Shown here in pieces: positions 11,772-22,796 of a stretch of DNA of 64,000 nucleotides. The first letter of the stretch is position 1. Every line of letters begins with the position of its first letter. The stretch is from an uncultured Spirochaetota bacterium. GTDB taxonomy: Bacteria; Spirochaetota; Spirochaetia; SZUA-6; Fen-1364. Location: assembly GCA_963745235.1 (NCBI GenBank), contig CAVUXE010000035.1, positions 278,752 through 342,751 on the forward strand, in the 5' to 3' direction. Under the pieces are notes generated by a model. The model saw only the letters and a list, made by a program, of their open reading frames with translations. It searched no databases and was not told the DNA's origin. Both the position numbers and the translations under genes were made by a program.

Positions 11772-14189
11772 TCAGTTCGCGCTGATCACCAGCGTGTAGG
11801 GGCCAATGTTCTCCTTCCCATACGTGCCGCCGACGCCGTCCTGGACGTCGATCCAGCGCGGGACGCTCGGCGCGTCTGGGACCCACCCCAGAGCCAGCGA
11901 CGAGGCGGCCGTGATCCCGATAGCCGAACCAGGGGGGAACGTGTTTGGACCCGTCATCGGAAACAGGCCGGCATCAAAGCTCCCCGTCCAGCTCATGGAG
12001 AAGTTGATTGCGTTCGCGGTGCCGGTGTTGAATTGGAAGATATCATCCTTGTCCGTGTTGTTCACCGGGTTCGGCAGTGATGCGTTGATCAGAATGCTCA
12101 TGCCCGGCCTCATGACAACGCCGCCGGCTATGCCGAAATTGTTGTAGTTTGTCAATCCGACATAGTCGCCGTTCGGCTCGGTTTCGCTGTAAATGCCTAC
12201 CGGCGTCGTTCCTGCCGTCGGCGCCGAATTGTTGGAGGGGTTGACGTCCTCTGCAACGGTCACCGATGCAATGAGGTAATAATTACCGTAGTTCAGCGGC
12301 CACGGCCCGCTGGACGAGATGGGAACAGTTGCTCCGGCGGCGAAAGGCAAGTTGGTGCCCGAGGCGACCGGAATTGCAGACCCGTCCAGGAAGTTTTTCG
12401 TTGACGCGTAGACGGTCCAGCTCAGCGGCTGAGTTCCGTTCTGGGTGCTGATGTTCTTGATCTGGAAAGTGAAGGGCACAGGTGCCCCGGGAATCCACGG
12501 CGCGCTTCCCGTGTTGGTTACGGAGATCACCGTGTAATCCGGCTGAGCCGGCGTTGTCACAAATGCCGCTGACGCCACCGTATTGTTGCTGGGAACCGTA
12601 TCGTCCGCCGCAGAAATCGAGATGATGAGGTACCAGGTTCCGGCCGTAGTCGGCCACAGCGCGGAAAAGGGGACGGTCGCCGGGACTCCTGACGCCGGCA
12701 CCGTGCCGGATGCCAACACGGCGTCCCCCGCACCGAGGGTGGCGGTCGGTGAGACGTACGCGGTCCAGCTCACCGGTTGTGACCCTGCCCCTGTTCCAAT
12801 GTTTTTCAGATCGAAGCTGGCGCTCAAGGTCTGGCCCGCTCCCGTTCCCCCAAGGTTGTTCACCGCTGTGACGGTGTAGTCGACGAAGGTGGTCGTGTAA
12901 GGACCGCTCACCGAAACGTTGTTGGCCGTGTTGATGTCCTCCGGTGAGGAGGCGGAGGCCTTCAGGTAGTAGGGTCCCCCAGGAGCGGTGGGCCACACTC
13001 CCGCAAAGCTCACCACCGTGGAAGCCGGCGAGGCCCCGAGCGCCGCCGCGGAGCCAGAGTCGATGGCCTTTGCCCCGGCATCTATCGTTGCCGTGCTGTC
13101 CGTGGAGACATACGCCGTCCAGGCGACTGACAGGACACCGGCGTCGCTGCCCAGGTTCTGCAGCGTGAAGTTTCCGGTAACCGCTTGCCCGGCAACAAGA
13201 CCGCCGGTGCTGCTGGGAGCAGACACCGAGTAGTCCACGTTCGGCGGGTTGAGGACAACGGCGTTTGCGGTAGTGAGATTGTTGCTCGAGTTCAGATCAT
13301 CGTCCGCCTGTATCATGACAAACAGATACCGCGTCGCCCCCGCTGGCACGGGTACCACGGGCCAGGTCCCGGTGATCGGAACTGCTGTCGAGGCTCCTGC
13401 CCCGAGGGCGGGTGTGGAGCCGCTTGAAAGCAGGATTGTGCCTGCTGTGTTGAGAGTCACGGTGTTCGAAAGGTAGACCCACCAGTTCACCGGGCGGCCT
13501 CCGGCTGCAACTCCTCCGTTTCGAACTGTGAAGCTGTACCCCCCGGGGATAGGCCGGCCGCCCGTGCCAGCGGTTGGATAGATGCCTGACTGGATTGTGT
13601 AGTCCACGTTCGTAACCGTGGCAGTGACGTCAACCGTCGCCGCGGCGGTGCTCGCCGCGCTGTCGGTGACTCGCACCTGGTCCGCTCCACCGCTGGTGAA
13701 CCCCGAGGTGTACAGGCCGCTTGCTCCGTTGATGGTCGGTGATGAGGTTGTTGCGCCAAGGCTGAAGGAGTAGGGGGGAGTGCCGCCTGCTGCCACGAAC
13801 TGAATGGATGAGTTCAATCCCACGCTGGCAGTGACGGGGTTGATCGTGAGGAGGCCCGTCGGGGTCACCGCGATCGAAGAGTCGCTGGTTCCCTTGATCC
13901 TGTCAGTGACGCGAATCACGACGTTCCCCGTGGCGGTGGCCGTGAACAAGCCGTTCAGGTTGTTGAGCGTGCCCACGCCGGAGACGATGGAGAATGCGTA
14001 CGGCTGAACGCCTCCGGTGGCTGAGAGCGTTATCGTGCTGCCGAGAAACAAGGACGCGCTGCGCGGGGCAATGGTGAGAGGAGGCGTGGCAATCTTGTCG
14101 CCGAGGGCGCCGTAGAAGCTCGCCTGCTTGCACGAGCCTATTGCCAGGACGATCGCGAAAGCTGCAAGGAACAGGAACGCCCTTTTCAT
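11772..14189 (-). CDS. Large surface lipoprotein with tandem Ig-like (CARDB-like) repeats
   Basis: Lipobox-like LAIGSC; four ~110-120 aa units starting VDY/PDY and ending DxxxxNN; C-terminal ETEPN domain. Confidence 0.7.
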   Translation of the reverse strand: MKRAFLFLAAFAIVLAIGSCKQASFYGALGDKIATPPLTIAPRSASLFLGSTITLSATGGVQPYAFSIVSGVGTLNNLNGLFTATATGNVVIRVTDRIKGTSDSSIAVTPTGLLTINPVTASVGLNSSIQFVAAGGTPPYSFSLGATTSSPTINGASGLYTSGFTSGGADQVRVTDSAASTAAATVDVTATVTNVDYTIQSGIYPTAGTGGRPIPGGYSFTVRNGGVAAGGRPVNWWVYLSNTVTLNTAGTILLSSGSTPALGAGASTAVPITGTWPVVPVPAGATRYLFVMIQADDDLNSSNNLTTANAVVLNPPNVDYSVSAPSSTGGLVAGQAVTGNFTLQNLGSDAGVLSVAWTAYVSTDSTATIDAGAKAIDSGSAAALGASPASTVVSFAGVWPTAPGGPYYLKASASSPEDINTANNVSVSGPYTTTFVDYTVTAVNNLGGTGAGQTLSASFDLKNIGTGAGSQPVSWTAYVSPTATLGAGDAVLASGTVPASGVPATVPFSALWPTTAGTWYLIISISAADDTVPSNNTVASAAFVTTPAQPDYTVISVTNTGSAPWIPGAPVPFTFQIKNISTQNGTQPLSWTVYASTKNFLDGSAIPVASGTNLPFAAGATVPISSSGPWPLNYGNYYLIASVTVAEDVNPSNNSAPTAGTTPVGIYSETEPNGDYVGLTNYNNFGIAGGVVMRPGMSILINASLPNPVNNTDKDDIFQFNTGTANAINFSMSWTGSFDAGLFPMTGPNTFPPGSAIGITAASSLALGWVPDAPSVPRWIDVQDGVGGTYGKENIGPYTLVISAN

Positions 14190-14208
14190 CCCTTATCCTT
14201 CATCGGTC

Positions 14209-15290
14209 CTACGGAAGAATCGTCAGCAACGCTGTCGGCGAGAACCCCATGATCAGGTATGGCATCTCGAAATATACCTCGTAATTTGCCTCAATACTGA
14301 TCCCGACGCGGGAAGTGATCATGACCCCGGCGCCCAGCCCGCTCTTCACGAACTCGGTGACGTCAAAGAGAGTTCCTTGCGCGCGGTGTTCATCACCAGG
14401 AGTGCGGGACCTCCGCACACGTGCGCGTACACGAGAAACGGCTGTCCACTGCCCGCTTCGTAGCGCAGGTCCGGACCGAGAGGAATCAGGTAGCTGCTCG
14501 CGGTGTCGATGAGGCCGTTCGCGGTAAAGGCGTTCATGGCGGCGTAAATGCCAACGGAGAACCTGCCGGCGGCGGTCTGGAACTGCATGCTTGCCAGGAT
14601 GGAGGGAAGAAGCCCCACGGAGAAGTATGCGCTTGCAGGGCCGAACGCAAGGAACGGGGCAAACCCGCTGGTGAGAGCCACGCGCCGGGGGGGCGCGGAG
14701 GACGAATACGCCGGACCGGTGGAAGCGGCTCCGGCCGCAGGTCCCCCCGAGGCGGGAACAGCCACTATCGGGCTCGGAGTCTCAGGCGGGGCCCGGGAAA
14801 CCCTTGAGGCTGCGGCTCTGGCTTTGGCCAGCCGGTCGATTTCCGGGCGGACGGCCGTGACCAGGGAGTCCAGGGCTCGAAGGATGATAGCGTCAGCCCG
14901 GAGGTCGAGCGCTCCGCTTTCCCGGGTCTCAACAGGCGCGCTCGACGCCCCGACCTCATGCCATGCAAACCAGATGAGCAGTCTCCCGTTGTCCGCTGAG
15001 TAGTGACACCTCATGGTCGCGGGCTCCCCGCCCTTCTTCGCCTCCGTGTCGACGTCTTTGTCACCGGCGTCAGCGGGCAGGAAAGCGATTTGGAGTCCGA
15101 GGCTGTTGAGCTTGTAGCTGACCGCAGACGCAATGACCGATCGATAGCCCTCTCTGTCGGGGCCCTGGGGAAAAACGCCAATCAAGACGTCTGCAGGAGG
15201 TATGGCGTCGGCCCTTGCGGCCTGGTCGAAAGAGAGAAAGAGAAGAAAGCTTGAGAAGGCGAGGAGAATGCCTCGCCCCACTGGAGTCAT
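14209..15290 (-). CDS. Exported protein with beta-strand-rich, OMP-like C-terminus; frameshift near 14385
   Basis: Signal peptide, Pro/Ala linker, amphipathic strands; C-terminus continues in the 14209-14418 frame. Confidence 0.55.
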
Positions 15291-15417
15291 CCCCGTATGC
15301 TCCTGAAGGAAGAGTCTACTTCTATTCTGTCTATTCTCTGCCTGTTATGCAAATATATCACAGATGCCTGGGTATCCCCTGGCAAGGGCCAGGCAGGTTG
15401 CGGGGTGACGGTATGAC

Positions 15418-18400
15418 TCAGCCGCTCACGGGGCCGGCGTTGTCTGGATGTTTCCTTCGTTCAAAGAGATAGAAAGCCGCGGGAACAACGTAGAATGTCA
15501 GCACCGTTGAAGAGATGATTCCCCCCAGCATCACGACTCCCAGTTTCTGACCGAACTCTGCGCCCTGGCCCCTCCCGAAAATGAGCGGGAAGCTTATCAC
15601 GAGCACCGTCAGGGTAGTCATGATGATGGGTCGGAATCGAAGCCTCGCTGACTCCACCAGCGCGTCCCGGAAGGGCATCACCTTCATGCGTTCCACCACG
15701 AAGTCCAGGTAGAGGATCGCGTTCTTCGCCGAAAGACCGATCAGCATCAGCATTCCCAGGAGCCCGAAGATGTCCAGGCCGGTGCTCAGCGCCCACGCCA
15801 GCCACAGCGCGCCCGCCAGGGCCAGCGGCACCGGCAGAAGGAGGTACACGGGATAGCGCCACGAGTTGAACTGGGCGCCCATCACCAGATACACGAGGAA
15901 CAGGGCCAGGAGGAAGGCGAGCGGCGCCTGGCCGGCAAGCTGCGCCGCGAGATCAGCGGGGCCGAAGCGCTTCTCCGTGTCGAAGCTGACGCCGTTGGCG
16001 AGGATGTCCGCTCTTCTCATCTCCGCGGTCACCTGGTTCTGGAAGGCAAGCGGAGGCGGAGCGTCGGGGGCCAGGTCCAGGTCAATGTCAGTGGAATACC
16101 GCCTGTTGGTCCTGTCAAGCCGAAGCGGAATCCTGCTGAGGATGAACGTGCCGAACTGCCTTGTCCGCATTGTGCTCTGCAGGGCAGAGGAGTAGACGGG
16201 AAGATTCAGGAGGGACTGGGCGCCGGAGAGCTCGGTCGGATCCATCTGCACGATGATGGGATAGCTGATCCCGCCCAGCTGCACCATTGAGGCCTGCATG
16301 CCGGAGGTGTAGGTCTGCAGGGCGTCAGCCAGCGCGCCCGGTGTGATGCCGGTCCCGCTCAACCGATTGGGATCGGGGACGAAGTCGTTCTCCAGCGTGG
16401 TCTGCGACAGGTCGGAGGCGGCATCCTCCACGTGCGGGTTGGCCGCGAGGAACGCCAGCGCCTTGTTGTTGGCGTCTGACAACGCGTTGAAATCGGAGGT
16501 TGAAAGCGTAAAGGAAACACGTGAACCCTGTCCCTGGAGCCCACCCGCCGCGCTTGCCGAGATGCCCGCAGACGGCTGGTCCCGCAGCAAGGCAAGGAGA
16601 TTTTTCCGATACTCGGCTGCAAGGATAAAGATGTTCCTTCGCTGCCGCGGCGGCACCAGCTGAACGGTCATGCCGGCGATGTTCGGACTGGACCCGAAGG
16701 TGGCCGTTCCATTCGAACCCACCGTCGTCTGGACGGAGAGAACGTCGTGCTGGTTGAACAGCCAGGCCTCTGCGCGTCCCGTGGCCGCGTTTGTCACGTC
16801 AATCGGGGCTCCCGGGGCAAGGCGCAGGTTGATCTGCATGACCCCCGAATCCGCCTGGGGAACGAAGCTGAAGGGGATCCGCGGCCCCAGGAGGAAAAGG
16901 GTCCCCAGGAAAAAGACGACGGCGCCCGCCAGGATCCACCCACCGCGCGCAATCGCGGCACTCAGGGTGTCCGCATAACGGTCTCGCAGCCACCGCAGTC
17001 CCGCTTCCGCCACCCGGTGCGGTGCCGTGACGATGGCCTGAATGACGGAGCGGGGACGGGAATCAGGGGTGTACGCAAGACGGACCGTCAGGAAAAGGAC
17101 GGCCTCCAGGAGAGAGAAAAAGACCGCCGCCGCCAGCCCGAGGGAGAACTGCATGAGGTATCGTCCGACAAACCCCCCGATGAAAGAGACGGGAATCAGC
17201 ACCGCCATCAAGGAAAGGGATGCTGCAACCACGGCGCTGAACACCTCGCTTGCTCCCTTGAGAACGGAGTCCTTCAATCCGTAGCCCATCTGCCGGTATC
17301 GCTCCACGTTTTCCGCCACCACGATGGAGTCATCAACCACGATCCCGATGGCAACGATGAGGGCCAGGAGTGAGACCTGGTTGAAATTGAAGCCCGCGAG
17401 CTTGTACAGGACAGGCGCCGCCGAAAGGGCAATGGGGATCGCCAGGATCACGGAGAGCGCGGTGTTGAGCTTCCCCAGGAACAGGAGACAGACCAGCGCG
17501 ACCACGACGGCCGTGATGATCAGCTCCCGGTAGGTGGAGCGGATGGAGGCTTTGATCGGTTCCGTGGTGTCGTTGCTCACGACGATCGAGTACCCGGCGG
17601 GTAGCTGGGTTGAGGCAAGGAGATCCCGCACGTTCTGGGCCACGGCAACCGTGTTGCTGTCCGTGGTCTTCTGAACCGACACGAGCACGACCGGCTGTCC
17701 GTCCACGCGGGCGTACGTTGTGGGCTGCGGGACATCCCTGACCGACCCGAGGTCTCGTACGCGGATGCCGCGGATGGCATCCACCAGGATGGAGGAAATC
17801 TGGGCAACGTCCTGCGGCGCGCTGGCCGTGGAGAAGGTCATCGTCTGTCCGCTGCTCGCCACCGTGCCGATGGACTGGTTCAGCGCAGAGGCCGAGACGG
17901 CAGCGGTCACCTGTTGCGGGTTGAATCCGTAGTATTGGAGCTTGTTCGGGTCCAGCAGGACCTGGAACTGACGCTGCGGCGCACCGTCCAACTGGATGTT
18001 CGCGACGCCGTCAACGCGCTGCAGCACGGGCTCCAGGTCGTTCTGCGCCCAGATGCCCACGTCTTCCAGGCTCGCCCTCGAGGCGCGGATTCCGAACTGG
18101 ATGATGGGAAGGGCATTCGGGTCGAAGGTCTGCACGGACGGCGGGGTCACGCCGCTGGGGAGCGTCTGCACCGCAGCGGAGACAGCCGCGGCTACCTGGT
18201 TGGTGTCGGCAAACCGGTCAGTGCCCGGGTCGAAGCTGATGATGACCCTGCTGGCGCCCAGGACGCTCGTCGACTTTATGACAGTGATGCCGCTAATCGT
18301 GGAAACGGCGTTCTCGATGATCTGGGAGACCTGCTCCTCCACCACGCTCGGGGAGGCGCCGGGGAACACCGTGTTCACGACGACAACCGGGATGTTGACA

Positions 18401-18561
18401 GTGGGAAGGAGGTCGACCCCCAGGTTCATGGTGGAGATCAGACCCAAAGCAACAACGGCGACAAAGAACCCGATGGACAGGACGTAGCGGGTGACGGAGA
18501 ATCGAACAGCCGGATTGATCCTGTCGAAGACTTTCGCCTGGAGGTCGCGCAGGGTGCTCAT
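15418..18561 (-). CDS. RND efflux permease (AcrB/CzcA family)
   Basis: 1047 aa; AIGIVVDDSIVVAENV, KNAIL, RFRPIIMTT. Confidence 0.95.
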   Translation of the reverse strand: MSTLRDLQAKVFDRINPAVRFSVTRYVLSIGFFVAVVALGLISTMNLGVDLLPTVNIPVVVVNTVFPGASPSVVEEQVSQIIENAVSTISGITVIKSTSVLGASRVIISFDPGTDRFADTNQVAAAVSAAVQTLPSGVTPPSVQTFDPNALPIIQFGIRASRASLEDVGIWAQNDLEPVLQRVDGVANIQLDGAPQRQFQVLLDPNKLQYYGFNPQQVTAAVSASALNQSIGTVASSGQTMTFSTASAPQDVAQISSILVDAIRGIRVRDLGSVRDVPQPTTYARVDGQPVVLVSVQKTTDSNTVAVAQNVRDLLASTQLPAGYSIVVSNDTTEPIKASIRSTYRELIITAVVVALVCLLFLGKLNTALSVILAIPIALSAAPVLYKLAGFNFNQVSLLALIVAIGIVVDDSIVVAENVERYRQMGYGLKDSVLKGASEVFSAVVAASLSLMAVLIPVSFIGGFVGRYLMQFSLGLAAAVFFSLLEAVLFLTVRLAYTPDSRPRSVIQAIVTAPHRVAEAGLRWLRDRYADTLSAAIARGGWILAGAVVFFLGTLFLLGPRIPFSFVPQADSGVMQINLRLAPGAPIDVTNAATGRAEAWLFNQHDVLSVQTTVGSNGTATFGSSPNIAGMTVQLVPPRQRRNIFILAAEYRKNLLALLRDQPSAGISASAAGGLQGQGSRVSFTLSTSDFNALSDANNKALAFLAANPHVEDAASDLSQTTLENDFVPDPNRLSGTGITPGALADALQTYTSGMQASMVQLGGISYPIIVQMDPTELSGAQSLLNLPVYSSALQSTMRTRQFGTFILSRIPLRLDRTNRRYSTDIDLDLAPDAPPPLAFQNQVTAEMRRADILANGVSFDTEKRFGPADLAAQLAGQAPLAFLLALFLVYLVMGAQFNSWRYPVYLLLPVPLALAGALWLAWALSTGLDIFGLLGMLMLIGLSAKNAILYLDFVVERMKVMPFRDALVESARLRFRPIIMTTLTVLVISFPLIFGRGQGAEFGQKLGVVMLGGIISSTVLTFYVVPAAFYLFERRKHPDNAGPVSG

Positions 18562-18811
18562 GCATGGGCCCCGGAGGCCACGGAGCCTTGCGTGGACCGA
18601 TGGAACCGGCCGTGGTCCCTCTCCGCGCCGGCTGCTGCGCGAGCGAGGGAGGAACCTGATCCATGCTGTATCCGATAGTGATCGAGTCGAATGGCCTGTG
18701 CTCCTCCCGCCCGTGAAATCCGCTATCCCGTGATTCTATTGTCATATTCAGGATACTGCGCTGCGAGACGTTTGGAAATTGCGTTGCTTCGCTGGCCACC
18801 TGCAGACAGTT

Positions 18812-20608
18812 TCAACGCCATCGTTGGGAGACAGCGGAGTTCTTGCGGTTGAACTCTTCGATCTCCCCTCGCAGGGTGTTCACCATTTCCACGAGCGAGC
18901 GGGAGGATTCGGTGATGATCTGGATCCTTCTTGCATTCGTCTGCGACAGCTCGTTGATGGATTCGATGGAGCGCGAGATGCCGGCCAGGGAAAGGCTCTG
19001 TTCGTTCATGGCCCTCGTGATATCCTCCGCGCGGCCTTTGACAAGTTGGGCGCTTTCCTTCACCACCTGGTTTGCCTGCGCCTGGTCTTCCGCGCGCTCG
19101 GAGAGCTCGGAGAATGCGGCAACGATACCGCCGATGTCCTTGATGATGGCGTTGATGCGCGACACCGCTACCGCGGTGTTCTGCATCCCGTTGCCGATCT
19201 CCTTCCCGTTGTTGCGGATCAGATTGTCGATGTTTTTGATGCTCGATGCCGTTGCGTCCGCCAGCTTGCCGATCTCATTCGCCACGACCGCGAAGCCGCG
19301 GCCTGACTCCCCTGCCCGGGCTGCCTCGATTGTGGCATTGAGGGCCAGCAGGTTGATGCGGTCGGAAATGTCGTTGATGATCTCGATGATCCCCGTGATC
19401 TCGGTGGAGCTTCCCTGGATTGTCTGCATGCTCTCGTTCATGGTCCGAAGGGATTCTTCCCCCGACCTGGCATTTGCGGACACCCCATCGATCATCGTCA
19501 GGGCATGGGACACCGTGCGGGAAAGGGCGTCGGTGGATCCGGTGAGCCTTACCAGGGTCTGGGACAGATTCTCCATCCCGGAGAGCTGCTTTTCCGCGCT
19601 CTCTTTCACACTGAGCGCGGCGCCGGACGCTCCCCCGATGGACGCGCTGATCTGCTCCGTGGCGGCCGCCTGGTCATGGGAATTGTCCGTGAACTCGGCG
19701 ATGCTGCGGGAAAGGGATTCGGTGTCCCCCAGGAGCTTTCCAGAGCTGGACTTGAGGACGCCCCGGATGAAAAGGTTCTGGGTCAGGTTCTTCTCCGACT
19801 CCTTTTGAGCGCGCTCGTTGGCCAGTTCCGTGCCGCGCGCCAGGTCCAGAAAGCGCCGCAGGGACCCCGCCATTGAGAGCAGGATGAAGAGCGTGATCCC
19901 GATGGTGAATCGGGAATACCGGAGGTGCGGGAAGATATCGTAAATGACTCTGCTTTCGACCGTGTGGGTACTGATGACGTCTATCGAGGCGCCGTAGATG
20001 GCCAAGAGCAGCCCTAGGAAGGAAGGCAGCAGATAGCGAAGCCGGCTATGCCGGATCATGTCGATAACGAAGCAACAGACCGCGTACAGGATGTAGAGGG
20101 CCAGGACCCCGTCCCGTACGCTGTACAGAAGTCCCTGCATTCCCCGACCGTGGTCGCCCTGCCTGATCATCCAATCCTCGCGATGCTGCGTCACGGAAAC
20201 GTACAGGTCCGGCATCGCAAAGGCGACGAACGTGAACGCGATTGCCAGCAGGAGACCGGCGATCATCACCGCCCGGTTTACCTTCTTCCCAAGAGGTCCG
20301 AAGGCGAGCAGGCTGCCAAGCATATTGGGAATGGCGAAGAAGAACAGAGTTGCGGCCACCTGCTCCATGCGATGGAACTGCATGCCAAGGGTCGTCTCTC
20401 CGAGCCAGCCGCCGACCAGCAGGATCATCGCTTCGCAGAAAACGAACGCTGCTCCGCCAAGGGCCAGGACGGACATGCTCAGGTAAAGCCGATCCCGGAC
20501 AAAAGAGTATATGAACGCGAAAATGAACAGGCCGATCAGGAGCATGCCAAAGCAGACGAGCGGCGGAACAAACTCAGAGAGCGTCAGGGTTTGCTGGAAT
20601 TGCGACAT
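18812..20608 (-). CDS. Methyl-accepting chemotaxis protein with polytopic membrane N-terminus
   Basis: About 7 hydrophobic segments, then [26 protein letters not shown]. Confidence 0.93.
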   Translation of the reverse strand: MSQFQQTLTLSEFVPPLVCFGMLLIGLFIFAFIYSFVRDRLYLSMSVLALGGAAFVFCEAMILLVGGWLGETTLGMQFHRMEQVAATLFFFAIPNMLGSLLAFGPLGKKVNRAVMIAGLLLAIAFTFVAFAMPDLYVSVTQHREDWMIRQGDHGRGMQGLLYSVRDGVLALYILYAVCCFVIDMIRHSRLRYLLPSFLGLLLAIYGASIDVISTHTVESRVIYDIFPHLRYSRFTIGITLFILLSMAGSLRRFLDLARGTELANERAQKESEKNLTQNLFIRGVLKSSSGKLLGDTESLSRSIAEFTDNSHDQAAATEQISASIGGASGAALSVKESAEKQLSGMENLSQTLVRLTGSTDALSRTVSHALTMIDGVSANARSGEESLRTMNESMQTIQGSSTEITGIIEIINDISDRINLLALNATIEAARAGESGRGFAVVANEIGKLADATASSIKNIDNLIRNNGKEIGNGMQNTAVAVSRINAIIKDIGGIVAAFSELSERAEDQAQANQVVKESAQLVKGRAEDITRAMNEQSLSLAGISRSIESINELSQTNARRIQIITESSRSLVEMVNTLRGEIEEFNRKNSAVSQRWR

Positions 20609-20805
20609 TGTGTTGCGCCTGCCACGCGTCAGTTGAATGCTTCAAGGAAATGACAGCCATCTGGATATCCCAAGTCGTGGCATCTTGTCCAGCCGCATCC
20701 GGCACCCATCAGGACCGCCTCAGCCGCGGCCCTCCCGGCCCAGTAGCGGCAGGCCGCGCGGATCGGGCGGCCGCGAGATGCTTCCCGAACAATCGCCCGC
20801 GTGAT

Positions 20806-20846
20806 CTGTTCCATGGTTCTGGAACAGGTGTGGAACGGTGGAACAT
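20806..20846. promoter_or_regulatory. Candidate activator/operator site
   Basis: Palindrome CTGTTCCA-N6-TGGAACAG plus two more TGGAAC direct copies. Confidence 0.5.
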
Positions 20847-20973
20847 CCAGAGTGAAGCAGCTCCCGGTAGAAATAGACCGTTCGTCATAATTTGCGCCTT
20901 AATGCGGCGGGCGGAGTTGACCTTTTGGAGGTTTGCGAGTAGGTGCGGCAAAAAACTCTTGTCCGTTCCTCCT

Positions 20974-20989
20974 TGGCATGATTGTTGCA
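20974..20989 (+). promoter_or_regulatory. sigma54 (-24/-12) promoter of the MCP-SBP operon
   Basis: TGGCATG-ATTG-TTGCA with exact GG-N10-GC spacing, ~85 nt upstream of ATG 21075. Confidence 0.7.
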
Positions 20990-21074
20990 TTTTCTCTGCA
21001 TCCAAAGGGCGAGCATTCGCAGGGCTCTTGACTGATGGGCACCTCGGCTGCCGCCCTGCAACGAGGGGAGAGCC

Positions 21075-22772
21075 ATGAACAACTCCTTGGATCACGAACC
21101 TGGCGGGAAAACTCGCGGGGCTCGTCGCCGCTCGGTGTCGACGAGGATCATACTGGTCCAGATGGTTGTCGTTCTTGTTGCCATGGGGCTGAACGGCGCC
21201 TTCACGACGCTCCAGATGAGGGACCAGTTGAACGCATCCCTGCAGCAGCGGGGAGGGCAGCTTCTCAAGAGGCTGCCCGCGAGCCTGTCAACGCCTCTCT
21301 GGAACCTTGACAACGCTTCGATCGAAATGCTCATCGGGCTGGAAATGGCGGACAACGACGTCCAGGCGATCATCGTAAGAGGAGACCAGGGAACTTTTGG
21401 CTCTCTTCGTGATGCCACGGGCAAGATCTCCCCGTACGATGAAAGCCAGGCGAAGGCTGTCCAAGCAGCCGGCTATCAACACCTGCAGGCCCCCGTCCTT
21501 TACCAGGACAAGAACATCGGTGGTATCGATGTTTTTCTTTCCGACCGTTCGATCAAAGCGGCACTCCGGGCGAATCTGACACAGACAATCCTGGTTGCCC
21601 TTGGCATAATCATTCTCTTGGCTCTATCCACGTTCCTCATCAGCCGCCTGCTCGTGAGCAGGCCATTGAGGTCCATCAATCATGCGGTGGGACGCATCGC
21701 ACGGGGAGATCTCGGCAACCTGGTCGAGTTCAGGTCCCTGGATGAGCTGGGAAGCCTGGCGGAGGCGGTCAACGAAATGATCGCACAGCTCCGTGGCATG
21801 GTGGTTCAAATCCGGGAGACTTCGGACCAGGTAGCCGGATCCAGCAGCCAGATCTCGGACAGCGCCCGGGAGCTCGCTGCTGGAGCCCAAAGTCAGGCGT
21901 CTACCCTCGAGGAGACGAGCGCCGCGGTAGAGGAGCTCACTTCGAGCGTCGAGCAGGTGGCCTCACATGCCCAGAATCAGGCCGGTTCGGTGGAAAAATC
22001 CGAGACAGCCATGAAACAAATGCGCGGTTCTGCCGACGCCGTTTCAATCACTCTGAAGGAAGTATCAGGCCTGTCCGGCGAATCCGTCCAGATGGCGCAT
22101 TCCGGTGTCGAAGCAGTGAATGCTGCCGTGACGGCAATCCGATCAATCTCGGAGAACGCGGTGCAGATCGGCAATATTGTGACCGTCATTTCCGATATCG
22201 CCGACCAGACGAACCTCCTCTCCCTGAACGCCTCCATCGAGGCGGCACGAGCCGGCGAACATGGACGGGGTTTCGCGGTCGTGGCGCAGGAGGTGAGCAA
22301 GCTCGCCGAGCGCAGCGCGGCATCCACGCGGGAGATTCAGAAGCTCATTGAGGACAGCGCACGCAACGTAACCAACGGCGTGAAGATCGCTGAGGGCGCA
22401 CTGGGCGCAATGAACGCCATTATCGCCGGGGCGCAGAGAACGAACGAGTCCATCACCGCCCTGTCGAAAAACATTCAAGCACAGATCGAGTCGATCGAAG
22501 GGGCGGCGGCGGCCACGGAGACAATCACCGAAATGTCGCGCAGCATTTCGGCGGCCACCGAGGAGCAGACGACGAACGCCCGCCAGGTTGCCGGCGCTGT
22601 GGAGAACGTGAACGAGCTTACCCAGCATGCTGCAGAGGCTGCGAGCCAGATGTCCGATGCGACAGCCGGGCTCACACGGCTGGCGACACAGCTGAAAGAG
22701 CTCGTGCAGCAGTTCGTGCTGGAGAACGGAAAGGGGCCGGGTGGGCAATTCTCGCACTACGCCCTTCAGTGA
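21075..22772 (+). CDS. Methyl-accepting chemotaxis protein (2 TM, periplasmic sensor, HAMP)
   Basis: TM-sensor-TM, [44 protein letters not shown]. Confidence 0.95.
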   Translation: MNNSLDHEPGGKTRGARRRSVSTRIILVQMVVVLVAMGLNGAFTTLQMRDQLNASLQQRGGQLLKRLPASLSTPLWNLDNASIEMLIGLEMADNDVQAIIVRGDQGTFGSLRDATGKISPYDESQAKAVQAAGYQHLQAPVLYQDKNIGGIDVFLSDRSIKAALRANLTQTILVALGIIILLALSTFLISRLLVSRPLRSINHAVGRIARGDLGNLVEFRSLDELGSLAEAVNEMIAQLRGMVVQIRETSDQVAGSSSQISDSARELAAGAQSQASTLEETSAAVEELTSSVEQVASHAQNQAGSVEKSETAMKQMRGSADAVSITLKEVSGLSGESVQMAHSGVEAVNAAVTAIRSISENAVQIGNIVTVISDIADQTNLLSLNASIEAARAGEHGRGFAVVAQEVSKLAERSAASTREIQKLIEDSARNVTNGVKIAEGALGAMNAIIAGAQRTNESITALSKNIQAQIESIEGAAAATETITEMSRSISAATEEQTTNARQVAGAVENVNELTQHAAEAASQMSDATAGLTRLATQLKELVQQFVLENGKGPGGQFSHYALQ

Positions 22773-22796
22773 AGGGAAGGAACAAGGGAGGTTCTT

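Noticed and set aside
21003-21065. c-di-GMP riboswitch before the MCP (GGGCACCU...UGCAAC)
   Set aside because: Required pairings and 5' consensus not found
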